Shown one piece after another: positions 40,448-50,632 of a stretch of DNA of 64,000 bases; position 1 is the stretch's first letter, and each line of letters starts with the position of its first letter. Source of the stretch: an uncultured Planctomycetota bacterium (GTDB taxonomy: Bacteria; JAJVIF01; JAPKYR01); NCBI GenBank assembly GCA_964354375.1, contig CAYGZQ010000013.1, positions 10,087 to 74,086 of the forward strand. The letters are read 5' to 3'. The translations under genes and the position numbers were made by a program. The notes under the pieces are model-generated. The model was not told the origin of the DNA. It did no database searches and saw only the letters and a list, made by a program, of their open reading frames with translations.

Positions 40448-40569
40448 CCTTTCGGAGCAGTTGGCATTTCGGGATTGCCAAGAGGGATTAAATCTGTTAG
40501 GATAGCAGTCTACTTTCCGGGTCGAGCCCGGCTGGCGATATGACTATCACGATTGGAGGACGCCTCTTA

Positions 40570-41250
40570 ATGCGTCGATACCTTGTTTCCTTACTTGCTG
40601 CGGTGCTGTTGATTCTGCTGGCAGGCTGCGGCGGCAATGGTCCGGTGTGGCCCGGCGACCCCAAGCCGCCGGTGACGCCTCCTCCCGGACCGAATCCCGG
40701 CGGCGCTGCGTACCAGTTGCAGGTCTACATCGGTCTCTCCAAGACGACCGGCAACGCACCGATGCCGGTGAATATGTGGGCGAACGTGAAAGGCGGGAAA
40801 GGGCCCTATTACTACAGGTGGGATGTTAACGGCGACGGATGGTGGGACTACGGCGGGATCGGCGTTAGCGAAGTGGGCATCCACTATTCGTCCGCCGGTG
40901 TGTACCATATCCTCCTCGAAGTGGAGGATTCTCTCGGGCAGGCGTACCACGCGACCGGCCTGGTCCAGGTGAAACCCTCCGGTCCCGCGGCTTCACCCGC
41001 TGCGATCCCGGGCGTGGGTGTCGCGCCGATCATGGTGACGCTGGACGGGTCGGGATCGTACGATATTGACGGCGATGTCGTGTACTGGGAGTGGGATTTC
41101 GAGTCCGACGGCGTCTGGGACTACGAGTCCGACACGAGCGGCGTTACGACCGCGGTATACGAATTACCGGGCACTTACAACGCATCGTTGCGTGTCACCG
41201 ACGATGACGGGCTTACCGACATAGCGTCAGTGCAGATCATCGCGCTTTAG
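40570..41250 (+). CDS. Lipoprotein with two PKD domains
   Basis: GGAGGA RBS, lipobox LAG-C. YYRWDVNGDG and VTLDGSGSYDIDGDVVYWEWDFESDG...GTYNASLRVTDDDG. Confidence 0.85.
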   Translation: MRRYLVSLLAAVLLILLAGCGGNGPVWPGDPKPPVTPPPGPNPGGAAYQLQVYIGLSKTTGNAPMPVNMWANVKGGKGPYYYRWDVNGDGWWDYGGIGVSEVGIHYSSAGVYHILLEVEDSLGQAYHATGLVQVKPSGPAASPAAIPGVGVAPIMVTLDGSGSYDIDGDVVYWEWDFESDGVWDYESDTSGVTTAVYELPGTYNASLRVTDDDGLTDIASVQIIAL

Positions 41251-41283
41251 ACTTGCAGAATAGGTAAGGCCAGCGAAAGGATC

Positions 41284-41311
41284 AGCCCCCGTATCTCTCG
41301 GGGGCTTTTTT
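41284..41311 (+). terminator. Intrinsic terminator
   Basis: AGCCCCCG-TATCTCT-CGGGGGCT followed by a T run. Confidence 0.7.
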
Positions 41312-41486
41312 GTGCGAAAGCCGCTCCGCCGGAGAGACCGGCTGAGTTGGCCGCCGAAAGCACCGGTGATGGTTTACTGAGAAACTATCTCCAGCGGGTC
41401 TGCTTGGCTCTCGGTTGCCTGGTCCGCGCCCGCGATCTCTCGGGGCAGTGAAGCTCGCGGGGAGTTTCAGCGGGGAGAAGCTCCTC

Positions 41487-43673
41487 TTAGAACACCGCTT
41501 CGCCTTCGCCTGAATCGTCGTCGGAGTCGGTTCCCTCGTCGCCGGACTGGCCTTCGTCGGCCCCTGCGCTGTCCGAGTCGCCCTCGGAACCGTCGTCTGC
41601 CGGAAGCTCCGCGGCGGTTTCATCTTCATTTCCCTCATCCTGCCTGAGATTGCCGAAGACATCGCCCTGGGCGGCCATGGCCCTGAGTTGCTCGAGGGAA
41701 TAATCTTCTGGGTCGACTCCGAGCTCCTTTGCGAGGGTCTGGATCTCCTGCTCGGTCAGGAGGTCGGCCTGGGAGGTCGAGTCCATGGCTTTAGTCTGGC
41801 GCGGCGGGAAGCCAGCGGGGAAGGTCTCGTCGGGCATCTCCGCGAGGACTTTCATCATGTAATCGTGCCAGATAAGCGCGGGGTATCGTCCGCCGGTGAC
41901 CTTAGCCATGGCAGAGTTGTCGCGGTTACCGATCCACACGCCGGTGACAATGGAAGGCGTGAAGCCGATGAACCAGGCGTCGCGCCAGTCGTCCGTGGTG
42001 CCGGTCTTGCCTGCGATGTGGTGACCCGAGATACGCGCATGCGTGCCCGTGCCGCTTGTGACCACCGTCTCCATCATGTTGACGAGCAGGCGGATGGGAT
42101 TGGCGTCGACCACCCGCTGGGGCGATCCGGTGTGACTGTAAAGGACGTTGCCGCGGGAATCGGTGATGCGCTCGATGGCGTAGGGCTCGTTCCTGACACC
42201 GTCATTCGCGAATGTGCCGTAGGCCGACGTGTGTTCGAGGAGCGTGACCTCGCTCGTCCCTATGCCCATCGACAGGGAGGGCCGGATCTCCGACTTGATT
42301 CCGCATGTATGGGCGACATCGGCGACATCCTGCGCGCCCACGATGTCGACGATTCTGACGGCAGGGACATTGCGACTCGCCGCGATAGCGCTTCTCAGGC
42401 TGATTACGCCGCGAAACCCGCTGTCGTAGTTCTTCGGTCGATAAGTGCCCCATCCGGCGAGGTGGAACTCGACCGGCTGGTCCCGCACCAGGCTGTTCGG
42501 CGAATATCCGTCCATCATGGCCCGCAGATACACGTAGGGCTTGAAGCTGGAGCCCGGCTGTCTCTTGGCCTGCCAGGCGCAGTTGAACTCGCTCGAGTCG
42601 AAATCGACACCCCCAACCATCGCGCGTATTGCTCCCGTGCGTACGTCGATGCTGACCAGAGCGCCTTCGCTCACTCTGGCGCTGTTGAACGATGCAACCT
42701 TCTCGGTGACAACCTTCTCCGCCTCGGCCTGCCATTCGTGGTTGACCGTCGTGTAGATCCTCAGTCCGTCGGTGTACAGGCGTCGGAGTCCGAATTTCTC
42801 CTGGACCTCGTTGATGACGTAGGTGCAGAAGTACGGGTGCTGGAGTCCGGTGAAACCGACATCGTGCCGTCCCGCGAGGACGATCTCGGCCTTGTCGGCC
42901 TGGTCGAACTCCTCTTGCGTGACGTAACCTTCCTCGATCATGCGGCTGAGCACGTGGGTACGTCTCGCCCTGGCGGCATCCATGCCGGCGTATGGCGAGA
43001 GTCGACTGGGGGCCTGCGGCAGGCCTGCCAGAAGAGCGCATTCCGCAAGATCGCATTCGGAGACCGATTTCCCGAAGTACGTCTGAGCGGCCGCCTCGAC
43101 TCCGTACGCGTTCGAGCCGAAGTAAACCTGGTTGAGGTAGAAAGTGAGAATCTCGTCCTTGGAGTATTTCTGTTCGATTTTTACGGCCAGGATGATTTCG
43201 GCGATCTTCCGCTCGAAAGTCGCCTGGGGGGTCAGGTAGAGTGCCCGCACGAGCTGCTGAGTGAGAGTGCTCGCGCCCTGACCCTTTATGTCGCCGCTAG
43301 CAAGATTCTCTTTGACCGCACGAGCGATGCCCCTGACATCGAAGCCCGGATGACTGTAAAAGTCCTTATCTTCGGTGGCCACGATGGCGTCGCGAAGGTC
43401 CTGCGGGATCTGGTGCCACCCCACCAGGACCCGGTTTTCCTCCCCGAACACGTCCCCGAGAAGAGTGCCGTCGGACGCGTAGATCTTGCTCGTCATGGCA
43501 AGATCGGGCACCCCCAGGCTCTCGATCATCGGCATGTCCTTGACTACTTCGGACAGGAAGCCGTTCACGAAGGCCGTCAGGCACAGAAGGAAGAAAACCA
43601 GGAGGAAAAGGAGGACTTTCAGCACGGCAAACAGCTTGAGGAAAAACCACTGGATTGCTCTGAATACGATCAT
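41487..43673 (-). CDS. Class A penicillin-binding protein (PBP1A family)
   Basis: ATEDKDF, GASTLTQQLVR, KIAEI and EILTFYLN transglycosylase motifs. RQPGSSFKP, SRN and KTGT transpeptidase motifs. Confidence 0.95.
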   Translation of the reverse strand: MIVFRAIQWFFLKLFAVLKVLLFLLVFFLLCLTAFVNGFLSEVVKDMPMIESLGVPDLAMTSKIYASDGTLLGDVFGEENRVLVGWHQIPQDLRDAIVATEDKDFYSHPGFDVRGIARAVKENLASGDIKGQGASTLTQQLVRALYLTPQATFERKIAEIILAVKIEQKYSKDEILTFYLNQVYFGSNAYGVEAAAQTYFGKSVSECDLAECALLAGLPQAPSRLSPYAGMDAARARRTHVLSRMIEEGYVTQEEFDQADKAEIVLAGRHDVGFTGLQHPYFCTYVINEVQEKFGLRRLYTDGLRIYTTVNHEWQAEAEKVVTEKVASFNSARVSEGALVSIDVRTGAIRAMVGGVDFDSSEFNCAWQAKRQPGSSFKPYVYLRAMMDGYSPNSLVRDQPVEFHLAGWGTYRPKNYDSGFRGVISLRSAIAASRNVPAVRIVDIVGAQDVADVAHTCGIKSEIRPSLSMGIGTSEVTLLEHTSAYGTFANDGVRNEPYAIERITDSRGNVLYSHTGSPQRVVDANPIRLLVNMMETVVTSGTGTHARISGHHIAGKTGTTDDWRDAWFIGFTPSIVTGVWIGNRDNSAMAKVTGGRYPALIWHDYMMKVLAEMPDETFPAGFPPRQTKAMDSTSQADLLTEQEIQTLAKELGVDPEDYSLEQLRAMAAQGDVFGNLRQDEGNEDETAAELPADDGSEGDSDSAGADEGQSGDEGTDSDDDSGEGEAVF

Positions 43674-44011
43674 GACTTTAGGGGTTCTTTTGTGACACAA
43701 TAATGTCTCATAAAACCCACACAATATGTTACCACGTGCGGGCTCGGAAGACTAAAGGCACGAAAGGTTCCAAACCCGGACATGAGATGGGAGAACTGAG
43801 ACGCAGGTTCAGGGGAAGGGGTCGGCGCCAGCGATCTCGGGATTGACAAAGCCGATTTTCTTTGAACCTGGATGCGGAGGATGAGTCTAATGTCAACGGG
43901 ACTGAGGGGACTGGCGAGGTCGTGGAGATCGACAGAGCCTGGCAAGGCGGCCTTCCCAATCCTCCCGGTTAAAACGATAATATTTGCGCAATCGACCAGA
44001 GGTGAAAAACC

Positions 44012-45607
44012 ATGGATCCACGCACAGCGAGTCAACGCAGGGGAGCGGTGTTGCTTGTAGTGTTTTTCGCGCTTCTGCTCGGGGTAATGAGCGGAGTGCT
44101 GCTGGCCACAGGATTGGACTGGGTGCCTCACACGCGGGCGACGGACGGACAGAGCGCCGATCTGAAGCCGAGCGAATTCCTGACCGACACCCAGGAGAGC
44201 TTCCGGGACCTCGTGGCCGCCGTTCGCCCCGCGGTGGTGAGTATCCAGGCGGAGGGCCAGAGCACAGCGGTCTCGATGATGCCGTTCGACATGCAGGATC
44301 CCTTCAAGATGTTCGGCATGCCGAGCCCGTTCGATGACAGGGGCCAGGGCCAGGACAACGGACAGGGACAGGGTCAGGATCAGTACATGATTCCCGAGGT
44401 CGCCGCGGGCAGCGGATTCATCGTCGACCCCAAGGGATATATCCTGACTAACAACCATGTCGTGGCGAACGCCGACAAGGTGAAAGTGGTGCTCGACAGC
44501 GGGAAGGAGTACCAGGCTCAGATCGTCTGGAAGGACCCGGACACCGATGTAGCGGTGCTGAAGATAGAGGACCAGGATCCGCTTCCCTACGTTGCGCTGG
44601 GCGACTCGGACGCGCTCCAGGTCGGCGACTGGGTGATGGCGGTAGGGAATCCGTTCGGGTATCTTGCCGGAACCGTGACGATCGGGATTGTGTCCGCCAC
44701 GAACAGGGAATACCTGCAGCTGCCGGGGGACACCTACTACCAGAATTTCATTCAGACCGACGCTGCGATCAATCTTGGGAACTCCGGCGGTCCGCTCGTG
44801 GACATTTACGGCCACGTAGTCGGCATAAACACGGCTATAGCGGCACAGGGCAGCGGAATAGGGTTTGCGACGCCGATCAACATGGCCAAGTTTGTATATG
44901 ACAGTTACATGCAGAACGGCGAGGTCGTGAGGGGATGGATCGGGGTGACGATCCAGAACCTGGACGCCGACCTTGCCAAGACCATGGGGCTGGGCGACAC
45001 CCGCGGCTCACTCGTGGCCGAGGTCCGCTCCGGCGATCCCGCGGATAAGGCTGGTCTGAGAGCCGGGGACGTCATACTGGAAGTGGGCGGGCAGAAAGTG
45101 GTCAGCACCCAGACCGCGTCGCGGTTGATAGCTACTCTTCCTGTCGGCAAACCCGCGGACATGAGAATCTGGCGTGACGGTCAGGAAATGACGATAACGG
45201 TCACGCCTGAGAGGAGGGAGATGACCGCCGCGGCACAGCCAACGGGTGGCGAGGAGAAGGATCAGGGCACCGGCAAGACCCCGAAGAATGAGGAGTACCT
45301 CGGACTGCAGGTTGAGGAACTCAACAGCGACATCCTCAAGGAGTACGATCTCCCGCAGGGTACCGTGGGGGTTATTGTGACCGCCGTCGATCCCGCAAGC
45401 TCCGCCTACTCCAAGGGCCTCAGGGAAGGCGTCGTGATTGTGGCGATCAATCGCCAGGATATCGACAGCCTGGGTACCTACGAGCGCCTCATGTCCGAGG
45501 CCCACGATGCATGGGCAAAGGACGGTTCGAACGTGCTCATACGCTTCCTTATCTACGATCAGAAGACCGGATGGACACGTCAATTCATGGCACTTCCGTT
45601 TGAGTGA
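44012..45607 (+). CDS. DegP/DegQ/HtrA (Do family) serine endopeptidase with two PDZ domains
   Basis: TNNHVV, DTDVAVL, QTDAAINLGNSGGPL catalytic triad, followed by RGWIGV and YLGLQV PDZ domains. Confidence 0.95.
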   Translation: MDPRTASQRRGAVLLVVFFALLLGVMSGVLLATGLDWVPHTRATDGQSADLKPSEFLTDTQESFRDLVAAVRPAVVSIQAEGQSTAVSMMPFDMQDPFKMFGMPSPFDDRGQGQDNGQGQGQDQYMIPEVAAGSGFIVDPKGYILTNNHVVANADKVKVVLDSGKEYQAQIVWKDPDTDVAVLKIEDQDPLPYVALGDSDALQVGDWVMAVGNPFGYLAGTVTIGIVSATNREYLQLPGDTYYQNFIQTDAAINLGNSGGPLVDIYGHVVGINTAIAAQGSGIGFATPINMAKFVYDSYMQNGEVVRGWIGVTIQNLDADLAKTMGLGDTRGSLVAEVRSGDPADKAGLRAGDVILEVGGQKVVSTQTASRLIATLPVGKPADMRIWRDGQEMTITVTPERREMTAAAQPTGGEEKDQGTGKTPKNEEYLGLQVEELNSDILKEYDLPQGTVGVIVTAVDPASSAYSKGLREGVVIVAINRQDIDSLGTYERLMSEAHDAWAKDGSNVLIRFLIYDQKTGWTRQFMALPFE

Positions 45608-45634
45608 CGATAGCAGCAAGACTGGGTTTCCGGG

Positions 45635-45664
45635 AAAAGCCCCCGGCTGAGTCCGGGGGCTTTT
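45635..45664. terminator. Bidirectional-type intrinsic terminator
   Basis: AAAAGCCCCCGG-CTGAGT-CCGGGGGCTTTT. Confidence 0.75.
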
Positions 45665-45667
45665 CGT

Positions 45668-45715
45668 GTAGCACGCGCATCCCAATGTAGCACGCGCATC
45701 TTGCGCGTGGTTCTT
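45668..45715 (+). repeat. REP-like palindrome with a truncated tandem copy
   Basis: GTAGCACGCGCATC (partial), then GTAGCACGCGCA-TCT-TGCGCGTGGTTCTT. Confidence 0.75.
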
Positions 45716-45757
45716 CATGTTGCAAACGGAGCAGTCCGGAGAGTACTCTGGCGTCAC

Positions 45758-46579
45758 ATGGGCAAAGAGCAGCGTCTGATTGAGTTCGAGAAAGCCCGGC
45801 CGCTCGGGATCGGGCGCCTGACCGCGTGCGTTCCGTCCACGGAAAAGCAAAGGGGTCTTTTGATCGGGAGCACGAAGGGTCTTTATCATATGAGCAATTC
45901 GGAATCGAAGGTGCGACGTGTCAGGAATCGTCCTGTTGGGTACCTCTTATCAAGTGAAGATGGGGTGGTGTGCTACGAGGAGGCGGGGGGGCACGGAAGA
46001 ATAGCGGTGCTGGACACCGACCTCGAGGAGCGCATTGTCGACGATCAACTGGCCAGGGAGATCAATCCGAAGGCGTGCACGTGCGACGGTCTGCTGATTC
46101 TGCACCGCGACGCAATCGAGCGCATGGACCTGTCGACGCGGGAGCGACGGAGGCTTGCCGAGTTTGAGCCGGCCATTACCGTGGGGCCGTTCGCGAGCGT
46201 GAAGGGCGGCTATGAATTTCTGGCTGTCCACCGGGGGGCGCATTGGCCGACCTGGCTGTACAGGCTCGATATCAGGGGCGAACGTTGCGAGGAAGCTGTC
46301 CTGAGCAGAATCGCCCAGGCTGAGGACCCGATCTTTCCGCGAGTCTTCCTGCCGCTTCCCACCGGCGACTATTTCATCGTTCCGCAGGGGCAGTCTGTGT
46401 TCCAGACCTACCGACTGTTTTCCGGTGCAAAGCCCGAGATGAAGACATGGTCGCTGGTGGCGATACCGGGGGACGCACATCCGGTCGGAATTGTCTTGAT
46501 GGACGGGAAGCTGTACGCGGCGGGTGCGGATTGCCTGTTGATTTTCAAGCCCGGGGAAGAGCTTCTGCGCGGCTCCTGA
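45758..46579 (+). CDS. Hypothetical protein (possibly beta-rich/propeller-like)
   Basis: Long ORF filling the gap between the DegP-like gene and P8. Start uncertain, no recognised motif. Confidence 0.55.
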   Translation: MGKEQRLIEFEKARPLGIGRLTACVPSTEKQRGLLIGSTKGLYHMSNSESKVRRVRNRPVGYLLSSEDGVVCYEEAGGHGRIAVLDTDLEERIVDDQLAREINPKACTCDGLLILHRDAIERMDLSTRERRRLAEFEPAITVGPFASVKGGYEFLAVHRGAHWPTWLYRLDIRGERCEEAVLSRIAQAEDPIFPRVFLPLPTGDYFIVPQGQSVFQTYRLFSGAKPEMKTWSLVAIPGDAHPVGIVLMDGKLYAAGADCLLIFKPGEELLRGS

Positions 46580-46656
46580 AGCCATTTGCGCTATTCCATG
46601 ATATAATGCGTAGAGGTGTAGGAGTATTAGGTAATCTCTGTTCATGGAGGGAAAGC

Positions 46657-48798
46657 ATGGCTCGCAACCTGTTTCTTACAGTGAGCATGTTTCTGGTGTG
46701 CGCGATGTTATCCTGCTCAGGCGGTTTGGGCGCGCCGGTGAGTCCCGCCGGCAGCGCGTCGGGGACCGGTTCGTCCCTTGCGGCTCAGCAGACCCCTGAT
46801 TCGAGCGGGAGTAGCCGCTATCTCTGGGGATACTGGACCATGCGCTGGAATCCCGAGGCGCAGAAGCTCGAGGCGATACCGCTCCGCACGACGGAGCTGC
46901 ATGTCAATGTGGTTAGAGCCCTCGAGGACGGGATGTGTCTGACCTGCCTGGTGATCGGGAAGAACGAGTTCAATGCGGACGGAGACCTCGAAGTGCACAT
47001 TTTCATAATACATCCCGTGGAAGACACCCCGGAATTCGATGCGGACGTGTTCACTGGGTTCGATGTGAGAGGAATCGCGATCTTTGAGGGCACATATTAT
47101 TTCGATGAAAACGGACTGAAGACAAGCTGGCACGAGTACGACGAGTTTACCCTGGTGAATGCGGACGGATACACGAAGCTATGGTCTCCGGCAGCGTACC
47201 CCCCGGACTGGTTCGGTCGCCCGATTTTCGAGTACTACCCCGGGAAATACGAAGCGAACGGGTCGCAGCTTTCGACCACGCTGAACCCGTTCCGCGCATT
47301 CTATACATTGTCCGAGCGTCGCACGTTCGAAGCGCTTGGTCAGGACGAGAGGATCTTCACAATCCGCTTCCCCCACGATCCCGGCGTCCCTCTTGAGTTC
47401 GGCTACGCGGTGGACGCAAGCTGGGCGGCGCCCTCGAATCTCGATAACCCGCTTGTGCCGGATGATTTCCCGCCAAACGCGAACGCGATAGAAGCCTACA
47501 GGATCACCGCCGAATTCTCGGGCTCCCTGACTCCCATAGGCGGACAGAGCTTTGTTCTCATACATGTCTATGACTGGCAGGGGAACGGAACCATTGCATC
47601 GGTGTCTCTTGAAGCTCCGGACCTGTTCAATGGTATCGTGACTGCCAACCATGCCGCCGATTTTCCGACCTACTCCGAGTTTACGGCCACCATTAACAAC
47701 GGCCTGCTGGCGGACCTTGGGACATATCCGGTGTTGATCACCGTCGAGGACACAGCCACGGTGGCGATAGTCGGAAAAATAAACGCCTACGATGTCTTCA
47801 CTATTGATGTGATCCCGCCTCTGGATCTGCTCGAAACCGTGCCCCTCGCTTGCGACCCTATCGAGGGCGATTTCGATACCGTCACCCAGACCTGCTACTT
47901 CGCCCCCGTACCCGGCGTGCTGAACAAGCGAATCATGGGAATCGACTCGACTTTCAATGTCGTGACCGGTTTCCCCAAGGTCCTCGCGACCGGAGGGATC
48001 GGACTCTGCGGCGTCAAGTCGGAGATTTACCTGGCGACGGACATCGGGACCCCCGATTTCGAGGACGACATCAGCGTGTTCGACATAGACGCAAAGGCGC
48101 TGAAGTATGCGATCGACATAGTCACCCCGAACGGGTCGGCGAAACCTATCGATTTCGTCGCCTACGACCTGATGGCCGAGGTCTGGGTTTCCAGGTTCAA
48201 CGACAACCTTGTAGGTGTCTTTTTCGCCGACAACGCGAACCCGGACATCACTGGTATCGACCTTGATGGAACGGGTCCGACAACTCTGGCGCTGGACGAC
48301 GCAAACTACCAGGTTTTCGTGGCGTGCGACGGGAGCGACACGATAGCGGTCATCGACGGATACGGGCACAGCCTCAAGGGCACGATCGAGCTGAACACGC
48401 CGCTGGTGAGTCCCGATCCGCTGCTTCCGGCCGTCATTGGTATGGCCTACGTGCCGTCTTCGAACATGTTGTATGCCACAACGCTGGGAGCCGGGAAAGT
48501 GGAATACTACGATCTCAGCGACTACAGCTACAAAGGCTCGATCCAGTTGATGCCGGAAGATACCGGAGCGGTGGTCGGACTCGTGTACGATCCGGGTCTG
48601 AATATCCTGGTGGCCACCGGCCAGGTGGCATCGGGCCACGGACATCTCTGGGCCATCGATCCGGTCGCGAACGAGGAAATCTACGATGCGGAGACGACGG
48701 GCATGAACCCGAGCTTCCCCGGCATCGATAAGGTCAACCACATACTGTTTGTGCCCGATCCGATCGGCCACGTCGACATCTTCAAAATCGTGAATTAG
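46657..48798 (+). CDS. P8: large lipoprotein, conserved N-domain + YVTN-like beta-propeller
   Basis: TGATATAAT at 46599, GGAGG RBS, lipobox MLS-C. Motifs IPLR, CLTC, GFDVRG, NADGYT, DWQG, then GPTTLALD..VFVACDGSDTIAVID repeats. Confidence 0.82.
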   Translation: MARNLFLTVSMFLVCAMLSCSGGLGAPVSPAGSASGTGSSLAAQQTPDSSGSSRYLWGYWTMRWNPEAQKLEAIPLRTTELHVNVVRALEDGMCLTCLVIGKNEFNADGDLEVHIFIIHPVEDTPEFDADVFTGFDVRGIAIFEGTYYFDENGLKTSWHEYDEFTLVNADGYTKLWSPAAYPPDWFGRPIFEYYPGKYEANGSQLSTTLNPFRAFYTLSERRTFEALGQDERIFTIRFPHDPGVPLEFGYAVDASWAAPSNLDNPLVPDDFPPNANAIEAYRITAEFSGSLTPIGGQSFVLIHVYDWQGNGTIASVSLEAPDLFNGIVTANHAADFPTYSEFTATINNGLLADLGTYPVLITVEDTATVAIVGKINAYDVFTIDVIPPLDLLETVPLACDPIEGDFDTVTQTCYFAPVPGVLNKRIMGIDSTFNVVTGFPKVLATGGIGLCGVKSEIYLATDIGTPDFEDDISVFDIDAKALKYAIDIVTPNGSAKPIDFVAYDLMAEVWVSRFNDNLVGVFFADNANPDITGIDLDGTGPTTLALDDANYQVFVACDGSDTIAVIDGYGHSLKGTIELNTPLVSPDPLLPAVIGMAYVPSSNMLYATTLGAGKVEYYDLSDYSYKGSIQLMPEDTGAVVGLVYDPGLNILVATGQVASGHGHLWAIDPVANEEIYDAETTGMNPSFPGIDKVNHILFVPDPIGHVDIFKIVN

Positions 48799-48904
48799 TA
48801 AACAGGGGGAACGACGACCAAAATCCGGCTCGGCAGGAGCCTCGCCCTCCCATCGGTACCGTTCGGGTGTGAGGCACTTGCCGAGCCGTTCTGTTGCTGA
48901 AGGC

Positions 48905-50440
48905 CTAGTGATTCAGGCTTATGTCGATCTCGCCGATCTCGGACTCGACGGCATCGACCACTTCTCCCGACCACACAAGCTCCCCGCACTTGATGACATC
49001 GTGATACAGCACCCTGTCGTCGACAAGCCTCGTGACATACTTCCGGATGACATCGTACGCCACCTTCGACCCCTTTCCGGGTTTACTGGGAGCGCGGAAG
49101 TCGAAAGCCTGCGCAGCCGACATCATCTCGATGCCGATGACATTGGCCACGTTCTTGAGCACCTCGTTGAACTTGCGGATCGCAATCGGGCCCATGCTGA
49201 CGTGATCCTCCTGGTCGGCTGAAACGGAGATGGAGTCGCAGCTTGCCGGGTGGCAGAAGACCTTGTTCTCGCTGACGAGGCTGGCGGCGGTGTACTGAGC
49301 GACCATGAGGCCGGAATTCAGGCCGCGACCCTCGACGAGGAAGTCGGGCAGTCCGGACAGTACCGGGTTCAAAAGACGGTTCGTGTGTCGCTCGGAGAGA
49401 TCGGCCAGCTCGGCGACCGCGATTGTGAGGTAGTCGATCGCGAGGCCGATGCCCTGGCCGTGGAAATTGCCGCCGGCGATGTGCATTTTTTCGTCCGGGA
49501 AAAACAGGGGATTGTCGGCGGCGGAATTAAGCTCCTGCTCGATCCAGTCTTTGGCGAAGTGCCAGATATCGATTGTGGGGCCCTGTACCTGCGGCGTGCA
49601 TCGCATCGAGTACCCGTCCTGCACTTTCCCGGACTTGTCGGCCATGATCTCGCTGTCGGCGAAGACGGCATTGAGATAATGGGCGACGGTCATCTGGCCC
49701 TTGTGCGGTCGGGCGGCGTGAAGCTTGGGATGGTAGGCTTTGAGCACTCCCTTGAGCGCGTCTATTGTCATCGCGGCCGCGATAATGGCTGCCTTGATAA
49801 GGCGGCGGGCGTCGGTGAGCTGTATGCAGGCCTCGCCCGTCATCATTTGCGAGCCGTTGATCAGACCCAGTCCTTCCTTGTAGAAAAGCTCCAGGGGTTT
49901 CAGGCCGACCTTTTTCATGGCCTCGGCGCCCGGCATGCGCACGCCGTCCACCCAGGCCTCGCCCTCGCCCAGGCACACTTCCGCAAGCTGGGACAGCGGG
50001 CTTAAGTCGCCGGACGTTCCGACGGAACCCTTCTCGTTAACGATGGGAACCACACCGCGATTGAACATCTCTGCGTAGAAATCGGCGGTGCTCTCGCGCA
50101 CGCCGGTATGCCCGTTCGCGATCACGTTGGCCCTCGCGACCATGGCGGCGCGGACCCTCTCGGGAGGGAACAGGCCGCCGCAACCCGCTGCGTGTGAGTA
50201 TATGATCCGTTTCTGCAGCTCGCCTCCCATCGCGGGATCGATGCGTATGCGGGCGAACTCGCCGATGCCGGTGGTTACGCCGTAGATGGCCTCCCCGCTG
50301 TCGACAAGCTCCCTCACCACGGCCTCGCATTTCCTGATCTTCTCTCTCGCCTCTTTCGAGAACGAAATCCTGCCGCCTTCTTTTGCGATGCCGGCAACCT
50401 GATCGATGGTAAGGCTTACGCCGTCAAGGATGACATCCAT
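48905..50440 (-). CDS. hutH: Histidine ammonia-lyase
   Basis: IYGVTTGIG, YSHAAG (His-specificity SH), GSVGTSGDL, KEGLGLING, QDGYSMRCTPQV, NSAADNP, GGNFHG and QEDHVSMG. Confidence 0.88.
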   Translation of the reverse strand: MDVILDGVSLTIDQVAGIAKEGGRISFSKEAREKIRKCEAVVRELVDSGEAIYGVTTGIGEFARIRIDPAMGGELQKRIIYSHAAGCGGLFPPERVRAAMVARANVIANGHTGVRESTADFYAEMFNRGVVPIVNEKGSVGTSGDLSPLSQLAEVCLGEGEAWVDGVRMPGAEAMKKVGLKPLELFYKEGLGLINGSQMMTGEACIQLTDARRLIKAAIIAAAMTIDALKGVLKAYHPKLHAARPHKGQMTVAHYLNAVFADSEIMADKSGKVQDGYSMRCTPQVQGPTIDIWHFAKDWIEQELNSAADNPLFFPDEKMHIAGGNFHGQGIGLAIDYLTIAVAELADLSERHTNRLLNPVLSGLPDFLVEGRGLNSGLMVAQYTAASLVSENKVFCHPASCDSISVSADQEDHVSMGPIAIRKFNEVLKNVANVIGIEMMSAAQAFDFRAPSKPGKGSKVAYDVIRKYVTRLVDDRVLYHDVIKCGELVWSGEVVDAVESEIGEIDISLNH

Positions 50441-50632
50441 GTATCTCACTCCCGTGAAAATGTGCTCCTGAGAAACCCGCGTATTCTACCAGCTTGGGTA
50501 CTACGGGACAACAGGCCGGGTCCGCCGCCTTTCCAGGCGGCATCTTATTGACTAATCAGAGCCGACTGGAAAGTCGGCGCACCCGGCAACTGATTCAAGG
50601 GTGATCCGGTCCAGTTCAATGTCGGCGCTCTT

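Noticed and set aside
15906-45715. REP copies as a CRISPR array
   Set aside because: They are dispersed, inverted and kilobases apart, with no regular repeat-spacer periodicity and no cas genes.
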